Of a DNA stretch of 64,000 nucleotides, positions 1 through 11,136 are shown in pieces. The stretch is from Podarcis erhardii (lineage: Eukaryota), in assembly GCA_964252035.1 (NCBI GenBank), contig OZ176207.1; one strand, 5' to 3'. A model generated the notes under the pieces. It did not search any database. It was not told where the DNA came from and saw nothing but the letters and a program-made list of their open reading frames with translations. Numbering within the stretch: position 1 is the stretch's first letter; each line of letters begins with the position of its first letter. A program made the translations under genes and the position numbers.

Positions 1-1959
1 TCCCTTCTTGTGGAAATCATGAGGATTGCTTCCAGATGAAACCTAATAGTACCAAATTTTAATACATGCAGACTGACCCCAACAAGACCTAAAACCCTTT
101 TAGAAAGCATGAAGATGTTGGTAAAAATTGAGGCAGGGCCACCTCTGAGACTTTGTGGGCATGGAGATATGTTGGAATAAGACAAACATTTATGGATTGT
201 CCTTTCATATGAATGTGTGGCTTCCTTTGATGCCTTTCTCCCTTCTGCCTCTTCTTCTGTTTCTTCAAAGTTGTTCCAAATATTATGGCCAAAGGTGATG
301 AGGTAAGAAAACAGCTTTCCCCCTGACTTAATATCAAGGCCTATTTTTCTAAGATACCATGAAATCTGTGAGGACTTCATACCTAAAAGCTATGAAAAAG
401 ATATGTCCAGGTTTTGTTTGTTTAACCAAAGAGTTTGTTTCTCTCCTAGCAACCAATTATTGTTTTGAATCATTAAGGTTACCAAAATAGTAATCCAGAG
501 GATGAGAGTCTGTGTGGCTTTGCCTCTACATGGACCATGCTCTTTGTGAAAGTACCAGTGATCAATGCTGTCTTCTCTTCTCTCTACTGGTAGAATCCAA
601 TGAGAGCCTTTCTAACCGAACACTACCAGAATAGAGAAGAGAGGGCCAGTCTCCTCTTCTGCTGGTAGTTTCCTCTCTTCTGTTTGCTGGCTAATCAGAA
701 GCTAGTAGCTATGTGTGTGAGACGGGGAGGGGGGGGCTGAGTATTTGTGTAGGAGAAAACAGGTGGGTGTGGTGTAAGAGGCTGGATCCACACTACAGCC
801 ACTAGATAGGCTGAGGAAATGCTTTCATTTGTGGCTTTAAGATGTGGCAGTGCCCTTTCTCATGGCCAAGACCCTGTTATAATGCTTGCTGCAAAGTAAG
901 TTTAATTCAGCAAATATATCTAGCAACATATAAAAGCCTACCCTGGCTTCCTGTTGTTTCCAGTTGAGGAATGAGAGATGAATAGCCTCTTAATTACCCC
1001 TTGAATGTTTTCTCAGATTGCCCCAATGTCAGTTTCTATTCCTGTTTTTGTTCCTCCACTTGACATGTTTAGAGCTTTATTGTAATATTTGCTAGAGAAA
1101 ATTCTGTGAGATCACTTCCTTTGTCTGCCTTGGCAGGAAGCTGTAATACTACATACTTCCTTCCTGTCTAGGCAGCTCGGACACCATTTTTGAAACTTAC
1201 CGTATATTTTTGTACTTTTGTAACTTAGTTAGTAGTTCTAAACCTGCCTTCATTTTGCTGTTGTAACTGCTGCTTCAAGTCCTAGACTGTGTAAGTAAAT
1301 ACTACTATTATTTCTTCACAAAACAATGTGTGTGTGATTGTTGTTTTTAAGAGGGAGAAATGGAGTAATACCAAGAAAAATCCAGTCTGCCTTAAAGCAT
1401 CGTGGATTATTGTTTCTAGAAGGTTAAATCCACCTTGTCTTAGCTTCCAAGTTAAGCTGCAAAGGATGGCGCCCTGCTCTCAGGCAACAGAAAAATGTAC
1501 CAAAATAAGCAATGGCTGGAAAGGAAGGATTGGGGGCATTCGTGGAGTGCACTGGAGTCTGGTGCTATGGCTTCACCACTCCAACACCTGCTATCATATG
1601 ATGTCAGGTGATGCACAGGTAAGCGTCATCCCCCCAAAAAATCTATCTTACAGGCCAGATGGGGAGACCTTGGAGGCCTAATTAGGTGCACATGCTGTAG
1701 GTTACCCACTGCTGACTTGAATTGTATCAAAACATGGCAAAAAGTGGCTTAGGAAGGGATGCAGGTGACACACAAGCAGAAGGGAACAGGTTGAGGAAGG
1801 CTGGTTTAAGTGTCACATCCTATGGAGAGTTAGGTATCAACATAAGAATGCCTAAGCCTAATTAATAGATCTCTCATAGGGTATAGAATCTCAAGGTAGT
1901 ACAGTATTGTCCAGATTCAGCTTCACTTTATTTTCTACTATCAGACTATTACAAACTCC

Positions 1960-2300
1960 CATCCCAGCACCTGTTCAGAATGTCCACTGTTTCATCTGGA
2001 ATAGAAAGGGCCCAGATAATCCCTTCCTTCCAAGAATTCCTGGAATTGGGCAGCTATCAGCTGCTTGAGCATTTGCCCAAGAAGGGGTGGGTGGGCCTAG
2101 GGTTCAACAGAAACTTAGAAAAATCACCTAAGTCCAAGGAGGACTTTTTGAAGAGGGGTCCCACAGCTGCCACCTTCGAAGATGCTTCGAAGAGAGAAGA
2201 TGCATTCTTCTCTCAAGGCACCGTTATCAAGTATAATGAATTCCGCTAATCATTCAAAATCATGTAGATGTTATTAAACATAATGGGCAAAAATTGAATC
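1960..2300 (-). mobile_element. Degraded L2 LINE ORF2 (RT region) fragment
   Basis: Minus-strand translation KVAAVGPLFKKSSLDLGDF...HPFLGK / AAQFQEFLEGRDYLGPF resembles L2 VRPLLKKPSLD...PFLGK...QLQEFL...DYLDPFQSGF, with stops and frameshifts. Confidence 0.6.
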
Positions 2301-2771
2301 TATGGGGCCTGCGCCACACTTTCCACAGCATACTTTCATCTGTACTGCCCATAATGTTGTCATCCAAGTTAGCAGGGTCTAAGTGGTATTATCTGTGAAA
2401 TGTTTCCCAAATGAGTTATAGTAGGCCACCAATGGCTCTGGAAATCCATCTTGGGGATGCAAATGGAAACGGTCTCTAGTCACTGGATGACACTGCATGG
2501 ACACAATGATAGCAGATAAATAATTTTTCTTCATTGCTATCACTGCCAGAAAGAGGCCCCAATGTTCACCCTGAGCTTTTCTGCACCTTAGCTGTTGTCT
2601 GTCTTGTTTCATCACCTAAATTCCCCAATAAACAAGGGAGCCAATGGGCTTAAACCAGTAGGCCTGGAGGGAACATGCCAACTGCCTATCTCTGTACACC
2701 AGAAACCAACCAGGGCTTTGCCATGTCAGACGAAACTCCCTGGGGGCTGCCAGGAAACACCAGAGGCCTTT

Positions 2772-3158
2772 TCACAAGTAAGTAATCTCTATCACATTTG
2801 GCTCTCCGCTTGCACACTGAGTGTTCAGACTAGAAGCATTGCTGTTCTCCAATGTCAGAGCAGATTGCATGCTGCTTTTTCTGTGGGAACCAAGTTTCTT
2901 CCAGTCTTTTAATTGGACTCCATTATCCATGTCTTGTGGCATGGGCTCATGGTACAGAGTGATCTGGATAGTACGTAGTTTTGGACCATAATGTACAGTC
3001 ACAATGATTATAATCGCCAAGAGGACAAAAACAGCAACAATGATGGAGATCATGGTAAGGCCATCTCCTTTTCTTGTTACGACAGATCCCTGGGTGAAGT
3101 CAAGAAATTCCTGGCCATCGTGTTGCCTCAGATGATTGCTTGCAACAGAAAAATTCAT
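2772..3158 (-). CDS. SMIM33: Small integral membrane protein 33-like, 128 aa, single coding exon
   Basis: ATG at 3156-3158, preceded by a strong acceptor (ctgtttttctttgtcccag, exon starts 3188) and an in-frame upstream stop. [30 protein letters not shown] matches recalled human SMIM33 [30 protein letters not shown]; C-terminus IEITYL vs human IDEVTCL. Confidence 0.8.
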   Translation of the reverse strand: [128 protein letters not shown]

Positions 3159-5801
3159 TGCAGAGCATTAGAAAGGAAGTGTATTCACCTGGGACAAAGA
3201 AAAACAGTCTTAAAATGCATTATAGCAGGTTGCTTCAGTTAACTGTACGGGCTGCATGTTGTGCTGCTTTATTCCCCGTCACGTTTTGGTAAAACATCCA
3301 GCTGCTCATGTCTCAGAACAGCCTTTGTCAACCTGGCACCCTCCAGATGTTTTGGACTGTAACTCCATCCAGCCCAGCCAGTTGGTAAAGGCTGCAGCAG
3401 AAAGAGTTCAATACATTTCAGGAGCAGATTGAGCTGCTTTCCTTTTTCAACTTTCTGTTATGATTGCCATAACTTGTTAAACTCTGCCTTAAATCAAAGT
3501 CTTCGTAACTGATGGAAACAAGAATTGTATGATTCAGGGGACACTGTGACTAACAGTATGTGAGCTTCTAAGTTACATTTGGGCTACAGACCCAAGAAAA
3601 CCCTTAACCATAACTTCTTTACAAAAGGGGATCACTTCTTGACAGCTGTATTCATCATACAGCAAACATCATCATCATCATCATAGCAGCAATAAGAAAG
3701 CCAAGGCAATAAAGCAGTTTAATATACAGGCACCAAGGATGGGATGACAGTCCAGAGCAACAAAATCAAGCCCCCCAGTTGACCACAAGCAAGTCCTCTT
3801 ATCATAGGAACTATTCCCTTCACCCCTTTTTGTCTTGGCAAGTGGAGGTATGGGGTGAATGTCATCAAAGAGAGAGGTTTGGCTCCAATACCTTCCACTG
3901 AAAACTTCTATAAAAGTAAGTGAGTCTCCCTTCTGTAAAATTTATCCATCCGTTCTGTAGTCTCGTTTATTTGATTTTTCAGCGTTTTAACATATTTATA
4001 GTAAAATGCTTACAAAATCCTCCCCATACGAAATTCTCCCTTGATCTCAAGTTCCAAATAAGCAGCTCTGCCACTGACATATAACCCTTTCTTTTTCCAT
4101 GCAAATCACTGAGACCTTGCAAAGCTCCCATTCATATGGTTGGAATCTTCATTAAGTAACTAGCCCTTCATGAAATATAGCCACCAGTTTGACAAGGAAA
4201 ATCAACAGAGACACTTCCAAAATTTGTCCCCTCCCTCATCTGTTTCCCTCCAGCCCACAGAGTTTCCAGTTCTGAATAATCTGGTCATATTTCCAACGTG
4301 GAACCAATACATTAGAAATCCTCCATTGTTCTGTTTCTTATTTCCAAATTTATACAAAGACAGCACTTATGCTGTTTGCCTCAGGTATGAATTTCATATG
4401 TTCATCCACATCTCCCATCCTGTTTCTTATGTGCACATCCACATTAATGTGCAAACAAACCACTTTGACATGTTTTTACTTATCATTGCATGAAGGCTCT
4501 TTGTCTTTTTTTGGTAGCATTTTATCTGTGCATGTATACATACTGATAAGCTATTGCAAGCAATATCCATATTGTGTATGTGCAGCAATATGCACCATCA
4601 AATCAAAACTGGTTTGTGCATCATTTTATCAGTGCACATACAAACATTGGCAATATGTAAAAAATGGACTGAAGGAGTGGAAAGCCATGGCAATCTATGA
4701 ATAGTCTGATTCTGCAATACAAGACATTCTCCTAGTTAATCTGGAATTCAGAAAGAGTGCAACTTGAGACAGACGAAATCCACATTAAAGGAACAGACCC
4801 AGGAACATCTGCTCATCGAAACATGCAAAAGAGACTGGCTCCGTCAGCAAGTGGGCAGGGCTGATTTCATTCAGCGAGTGAGAAAGGTTTTGTTAAACAA
4901 GGATATAACTGCAACTTCTGTTTGTGCTGCATGTTATTAACAACAGCATAGGCTGATCTCTACATCATGGCCCATATGGGACATCAACAGGTATCCTGTG
5001 TGATGGGAAGCGGCAGAGTGCCATCTGGTCCTCATTCACATCACAGCATGGTCTATCAAGCCCCATACTCACCGGCATTGAAAGGGGATGCCCTTTACCT
5101 GGAGTCCTGTAGAAGTGCGAACTCAGCCTGGTGCAACCGGCCCATCCCCAGTGCAGGTGTAAAGGTGACGGTCAGGACAAAGCCTTTTTGCCTCAACCTG
5201 CTCCTTCCTCTTAGTGGCAGAGAGGCATAGGCAGAGAGAGGAATAGGGGTCAATCGGAACCTGGGAGGTAGTTATCTCAATCCCCAGCAAGTCAGGAACG
5301 CTATCAGCAACAGATGAGAAAGAGAGCATTGAGAGTTGAGCTGGACTGCAGTTAGCTAAACTGGGATGTCGCTTTGAAGCTACTGTAGACGTTCCTCTCT
5401 CGGAATCTGACACACAGTGGTTATATTTGCTTAGAGGAGTGCCTGTTTGCCTCCAGTCATTCTGCTTACGTGTTTGCAAATGAAGCAAATAGTATAAAGT
5501 CTATATTGTAAATTCCCCCTGTTTACTAGACCATGCTCATGCCAATCAACCTTCTGTGGTTCCAGCTTTCCTGAAATATATAGGGAAGGTCTAACTGCCA
5601 GCAAATATGGTGACTGTATATTGCAATACAGAATTCTTCACTCTCTCCTGCTTTTAAAGGGGAACATACATGTAATTTTATGTATGTCTCAAATCATACT
5701 CCAATGACATATCTATACAGAAACTGTCAAGGTTGAAATAGGCTTTAATTTAAATCTAAAATAACCAGAATTTTATTCTGGAATGTAAATATCCTAAGGA
5801 A

Positions 5802-6010
5802 AAACAAAATAAAAAAATTCCTTCCAGTAGCACCTTAAAGACCAACTAAGTTAGTTCTTGGTATGAGCTTTCGTGTGCATGCACACTTCTTCAGATACAC
5901 ACGAAAGCTCATACCAAGAACTAACTTAGTTGGTCTTTAAGGTGCTACTGGAAGGAATTTTTTTATTTCGTTTTGACTATGGCAGACCAACACGGCTACC
6001 TATCTGTAAC
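5802..6010. mobile_element. Penelope-like retroelement (PLE) fragment with inverted pseudo-LTR arms
   Basis: Flanking direct repeat tatcctaaggaa at 5790-5801 and 6011-6022 (TSD); arms about 5801-5877 and 5898-5974 are inverted copies; contains a hammerhead motif typical of PLE pLTRs. Confidence 0.75.
5861..5898 (-). ncRNA. Minimal type I hammerhead ribozyme motif (intact core)
   Basis: Minus strand GUAU-CUGAAGA-A-GUGUGCAUGCACAC-GAAA-G-CUC-AUAC: helix I GUAU/AUAC, CUGANGA and GAAA core, palindromic helix II and AGCU helix III. Confidence 0.7.
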
Positions 6011-6041
6011 TATCCTAAGGAAGTAGCTTGTAAATGAACCT

Positions 6042-6179
6042 GGGGTAGCACAGTAGAGCATGAGAGTCTTAATTTCAGGGTTGGGGGTTTGAACCCCACA
6101 TTGAGCAAAAGATTCCTGCCTTGCAGGGGGTTCGACTCGATGGTCCCTTCCAACCCTACGATTCTATGATTTTATGATT
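6042..6179 (+). mobile_element. tRNA-derived SINE with CR1-like tail
   Basis: Degenerate A/B boxes (gtagcacagtagagc; gtttgaacccc) and cccttccaaccctacgattctatgatt tail. Confidence 0.65.
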
Positions 6180-6896
6180 ATCCAGCCATCCTTTTAGACC
6201 CCTTCCATGCTACACCCCTGCCTCGTTCCTTACCTTCAGCTTGGCTTCCAAGGAGATTGGCAGTGATACTGAGGGTTGCTAAATATAATGAATATTTTTA
6301 TACATAAGAGAAAGCTCAAGCTGAAAGAATATCTGCTTCTTTTCGGCTAACGGGCTTAATGATGAAGAGATTTGGCTGCATTCGCGATTGGCGGTTACTG
6401 GGAATTTGTCCTTCAATCAGAGTAAAACCTTAATCCAGAAACCTAAAGATTAAGCTTCCATCTGTGAGTTTACCATCTGTAAACTCAATAATGCTCTACT
6501 GCTCCCTGGTCCTGTATTTGGATGCACCCAGGGGACAGGGCTGTGCGTGGGGTGCCCCTTGGGAGCGACCCCTGCCTGCTTTCGGGATTGGTGCAGGCAG
6601 CTGTTGCGTCCTTCTCCCAGTGCCCTCCAGGCAAGCGCCCTGCGCCCTGGCCCAGTGGCTGCCAGCAGCCCCCCCCCACTGGTTTTGTGGATTTTGACCG
6701 CCTTGATATGGCCAATGCAATGCAGCGGGGCTGATACACCACTGCCAAATTAGCTGGCAACAAGTACTTTGAACAGCAGCTGTTTTTCTGAAGATCAAGA
6801 AGCTAAAAATAATTCCTTCATGCAGTATTGCCCACTGGACTTACATACCCCCCAACCCTTCTATTTTCTCTGATGAAAATAGGTACATCCTATTCC

Positions 6897-7065
6897 ATAA
6901 TAATAATAATAATTTTACTATTTAAACCCCACCCATCTGACTGGGTTGCCCCAGCCACTCTGGGTGGCTTCCAACATATATAAAAACATTAAACATAAAA
7001 AGCTTTCCTATACAGGGCTGCCTTCAGATGACTCAGGGGTCAGATAACTCCATACCCTCCAACTT
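6897..7065 (-). mobile_element. L2 3' end
   Basis: (AAT)n then ccccagccactctgggtggcttccaac, the reverse of the L2 3' stem-loop and tail. Confidence 0.6.
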
Positions 7066-7280
7066 TTCTCTGATTAAAATAGGGATGTCCTGGGAGGAGC
7101 AGGACATTGCTGGATCAAATCAGAAACCAGTATGACTTCTGTAAATTCCAGATTGTCCCTGGAAAATAGATTGCACATGTCGGACGGAGAAGGAAGCATT
7201 TTGTTGTGTATCCTGTTTCTGACTCAATGCGTCCATGAAGTCTTCAGAAAGAGACAGAGAACAGCAATCCTGTGCCAAAG

Positions 7281-7730
7281 TTTTGCAGTGAAAATCCTGC
7301 ATTTTGCAGTGCCCCACAAACTTGGTAATTTATACATCAAACATGGGGTTCATACTTAGCATTAACTATGAACCCCAAAATTTGGGATCCCTTCCAGACT
7401 GGTGCAGTTTTTTGCAGCGAAAACCCTGTGTTTTGCAGTACCCCACAAACTTGGTAATTTATACATCAAACATGGGGTTCATACTTAGCATTAACTATGA
7501 ACCCCAAAATTTGGGATCCCTTCCAGACTGGTGCAGTTTTTTGCAGCGAAAACCCTGTGTTTTGCAGTGCCCCACAAACTTGGTAATTTATACATCAAAC
7601 ATGGGGTTCATACTTAGCATTAACTACAAAACCCAAAATTTGGAACCCCCTCCAAACTGATGTCAAACTTTTGCTGTTGTTTTGTAGCGTTTTGCAGTGA
7701 AAACCCCACATTTTGCAGCACTCCACAAAC
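7281..7730. repeat. 129-bp tandem minisatellite, about 3.5 copies
   Basis: ccccacaaac recurs at 7312, 7441 and 7570 (period 129); degenerate fourth copy near 7721. Confidence 0.9.
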
Positions 7731-8100
7731 TGAGCAATTGCTACAAACCCGGTGTTTACTCCAAACTGGTGCCTGACTGAAATGCAGACTGGTGTACAAA
7801 CACATTCTTGGTAAAAAAGAAAAACTCCATTTTTTATTGTATGATAAGCTTAAAGCACACATATGTTGAAGATGCTCCAAAGGGCACTCCATGTTAGTCC
7901 CCTTGGGAAAGAGAACTTGCAAATTAATACTTTCAAATATGTCTGGTAAATTCAAATTCTTGGTAATGGCTCCCCTCTCCATTTTATTTTATAATTCAAA
8001 TCCTACAGGTGACCTTCCATGAGCAACTTTCTTGATCTCTGGTTCCACAGTCACCAAAAAATTTCCTGTAGGTATTCAGGAACTACACTGAATTCCTCTT

Positions 8101-8210
8101 ACAGATAGGTATCTGAAGAAGTGTGCATGCACACAAAAGCTCATACCAAGAACTAACTTAGTTGGTCTTTAAGGTGCTACTGGAAGGAATTTTTTTATTT
8201 TGTTTTGACT
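8101..8210 (+). mobile_element. Second PLE pLTR fragment with mutated hammerhead (8108-8147)
   Basis: Near identical to the 5.8-kb copy; flanked by actgaattcctctt at 8087-8100 and 8208-8221; GAAA changed to AAAA at 8135. Confidence 0.75.
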
Positions 8211-8679
8211 GAATTCCTCTTTAGTGGAGTGGAAGAGCTGGGGGGGGGGGATCACAGATAGCACATGGGTAGACAAGTCTAAAAAGAGCATGACACAAAT
8301 TTGTTCAGCCTTCTAGCGGTTATGGTGGTTCATTTACCAGATGACCTTTTGGGTCCCCTCCAAGTCTTCAATTCTATGATTCTATGGGGGGTTTTTTTTG
8401 GGGGGGGGGTAATCCTGATGCATATTTTGCTTTAGGAGGCTAAAATTGGTCAGAATCGAGTGTACACTTCCATAATTAATGTTAAATACATTACTTCTAG
8501 TGCACCCCACTGCAAATATGGCCATGAAACCTTCATCCCCAGGCAGGTGTGGGGGACTCCCTGGTCCTGAATGGAATAACTGTGTGCCAGAAGGACCAGG
8601 TGCACAGCTTGGGAGACATTTTGGATTTACAACTGTCCAAGGAAGCACAGGTTAATTCTGTGTCCAGGGCAGCCATCTA

Positions 8680-9153
8680 CCAGCTCCATCTGGTTTAAGG
8701 TTCTGGTTTTAACCTTCAAAGCCCTATACGGCCTAGGGCCCTCGTACCTACGGGACCGCCTCTCCTGGTATGCCCCACAGAGGAACTTACGGTCTTCAAA
8801 TAAAAACACCTTGAAGGTCCCAAGCCACAGAGAGGTTAGGCTGGCCTCAACTAGAGCCAGGGCTTTTTCGGCTGCGGCTCCAACCTGGTGGAACGCTCTG
8901 TCACAAGAGACAAGGGCCCTGCAGGACTTGACATCTTTCCGCAGGGCCTGCAAGACAGAGCTGTTCCACCAGGCCTTTGGTCAGGGCGCAGCCTGACTCC
9001 CTCCTTTGGCAATCTTTACAAAACTTTAGTTTATGGTTGCCATCAATTTTGATTTTAATTCATTTTTATAATGTTTTTATAATGTTGCACTGATTTAGTG
9101 TTGTTAGCCGCCCTGAGCCCGGCTTCGGCTGGGGAGGGCGGGATATAAATAAA

Positions 9154-9206
<53 letters not shown>
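8680..9206 (+). mobile_element. 5'-truncated L2 LINE 3' end with (TTA)n tail
   Basis: Encodes RAFSAAAPTWWNAL (L2 ORF2 C-terminus), gttagccgccctgagccc stem-loop, (TTA)n tail. Confidence 0.85.
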
Positions 9207-9207
<1 letters not shown>

Positions 9208-10913
9208 ACCGGCTGAGATCCTCACTGCCTGCGCACTGTCTCGCCAGAGTGGTACATGCCCTGGTTATCTCCTGCTTGGACTTTTGCAATGCACTCTATG
9301 TGAGGCTACCTTTGAAGGTGACTCCGAAACTACAACTAAATCCAGAATGCAGCAGCTAGACTGGTGACTGAGAGCAGCCGCCGAGACCACATAACACCTG
9401 TCCTAAAGGATCTGCATTGGCTCACAGTATGTTTCTGAGCACAATTCAAAGTGTTGGTGCAGTCCTGGCCAGGAAGTTTTTGGTGTTTGATATTTTATTA
9501 TGTTTTTATACTGTATGTGCTGGAAGCCGCCTATAGTACAATTTTCCATGTATTGTTTACACAGCACATTTGTTACTGTGGCTGATACTTCTTGCACATG
9601 ATTATATATAACACTCAGACCCAGATGAGACAATTTATCTATATATTTTTTCTTGAGTGACAGTGTGAATCTTGAGACCTATATACAGTGCGAGGGGTGT
9701 TTCTCTGAAACATGAAGTACACTCTGAGCATTTTCTTTTCTTTCACATTTGATGCTGTTAGATTGAAATTGGAGGATGAAGGTTTTATGGTCATATTTGC
9801 GGTGGGGTGGACTGGATGACCTTTGGGTATCTCTCCCAAGCCTTCAATTCTATGATTCTATGGGGGATTTTTTTTTGGGGGGGGGTTAATCCTGATGTAT
9901 ATTTTGCTTTAGGAAGCTTAGTTTGGCCAGAATCGAGTATACACTTCCAGAGTTAATACTAAATACTGGTGAATGAGCCACCAAAGGTGCTAGGGCCGTG
10001 AAAATTTGTGTCCTGGGCTTCATAAACTTGTCTACCCACGTACTGAAACCAAAGTGGCACATTGGTTGCCAGATGTGAAATATGTTGGCATTATTTTCAG
10101 CTCTCCCACCCCAATATTTACCTCTGTAAAGATTACAATATTTCAGTATTGCTGCCTTTAAAATTTGAGTAACTCTTGAATGGATGCCATTAAGCTATTT
10201 ATCTCTCAGACAATTTGACAAAGGATCACCAATCTTAGCCATCATTCAATAGGAGCATATTCTTACAACCCTAAATTTGTAATACGGGAGAGTGGAGAAT
10301 TAGGGAAGGAACTCTGTTAATGAAAGCACAAAACTACTGTGTTGCTATCTTCCCAAAGACTTAATTTTACAACACATTACAATTTATAAATTGTGTTTTA
10401 ATCTTACAAGCTTTAAAAGATGAAATCTGTGCACATAAAGCTCACACATTCCCCAGACTGTTCTGTTTTCATTCACTCACCACACATTATGCTTCTGCCA
10501 TTACTAAGGAATCACTCAATTTGTGGGGTGCTGCAAAATGAAGGGGTTTTGCTGCAAAACTGTTGCCATACTTTGGCACTGCTTTAGAGTGAATCACACA
10601 ATGTTGTTTTTTTAAAAAAAGTTTTTATTAGTTTTTCAATATTCCCCCAATAATAGCCAAATTATAACACTATCAATTAATTCCCAATTAATACAATTAT
10701 TCAGATACCAATCAACTTCCAATTAATACATTTTAATTAAAGTGGCTCCCCGCATGGTGGATTGGATGCATTTCCGATCTTATATCACTGCATTCCATGC
10801 TCTTATTAATTTCAGTTATAATAACAATCCCTTAATCAATGGCTGCATAATTAATGATTTCCATTTGTGTTGTTATATAAATTTATAAAACTTCAAGTGA
10901 GGAACTCAAACCA

Positions 10914-11136
10914 CAGTGGAACCTCGGGTTGTGGACGTAATCCTTGATGGAGGCATGTCCACAACCCGCAGCATTCACATCCTGAAGTGGTGTGTCTGCG
11001 CAGGTGCGATTTGGGGCTTCTGTGTATGCGCGAGCGGCGAAACCCGGAAGTAACCTGTTCCGGTACTTCCAGATTTCCCGCAGTCCGCAAGCCGAAAACA
11101 CGTAAACTGAAGCGTCCGTAACATCTGGTATGACTG
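10914..11136. mobile_element. Tc1/mariner (Tigger-like) MITE
   Basis: cagtggaacctc ... ggtatgactg|ta termini, internal gaaacccggaagta motif shared with other copies. Confidence 0.6.

Noticed and set aside
1-2700. Search for TNIP2 or STING1 3' exons beside SMIM33-like
   Set aside because: Neither the CPHC...CCQ zinc finger of TNIP2 nor the STING C-terminal tail was found; ORF 1980-2249 is antisense to an L2 remnant.
5898-5915. Plus-strand hammerhead in the right arm of the PLE hairpin
   Set aside because: Only the GAAAGCUCAUACC half is present; the CUGANGA box is missing on that strand.
7304-7660. Repeat array as a CRISPR-like array or repeat-protein gene
   Set aside because: Vertebrate DNA; whole units are repeated with no unique spacers and no cas genes; no splice or promoter support for coding.
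9104-9289. Poly-Asn and poly-Ile ORFs (also 12770-12955, 23480-23761, 36804-37049)
   Set aside because: Translations of (TTA)n or (TA)n microsatellite tails of LINEs.
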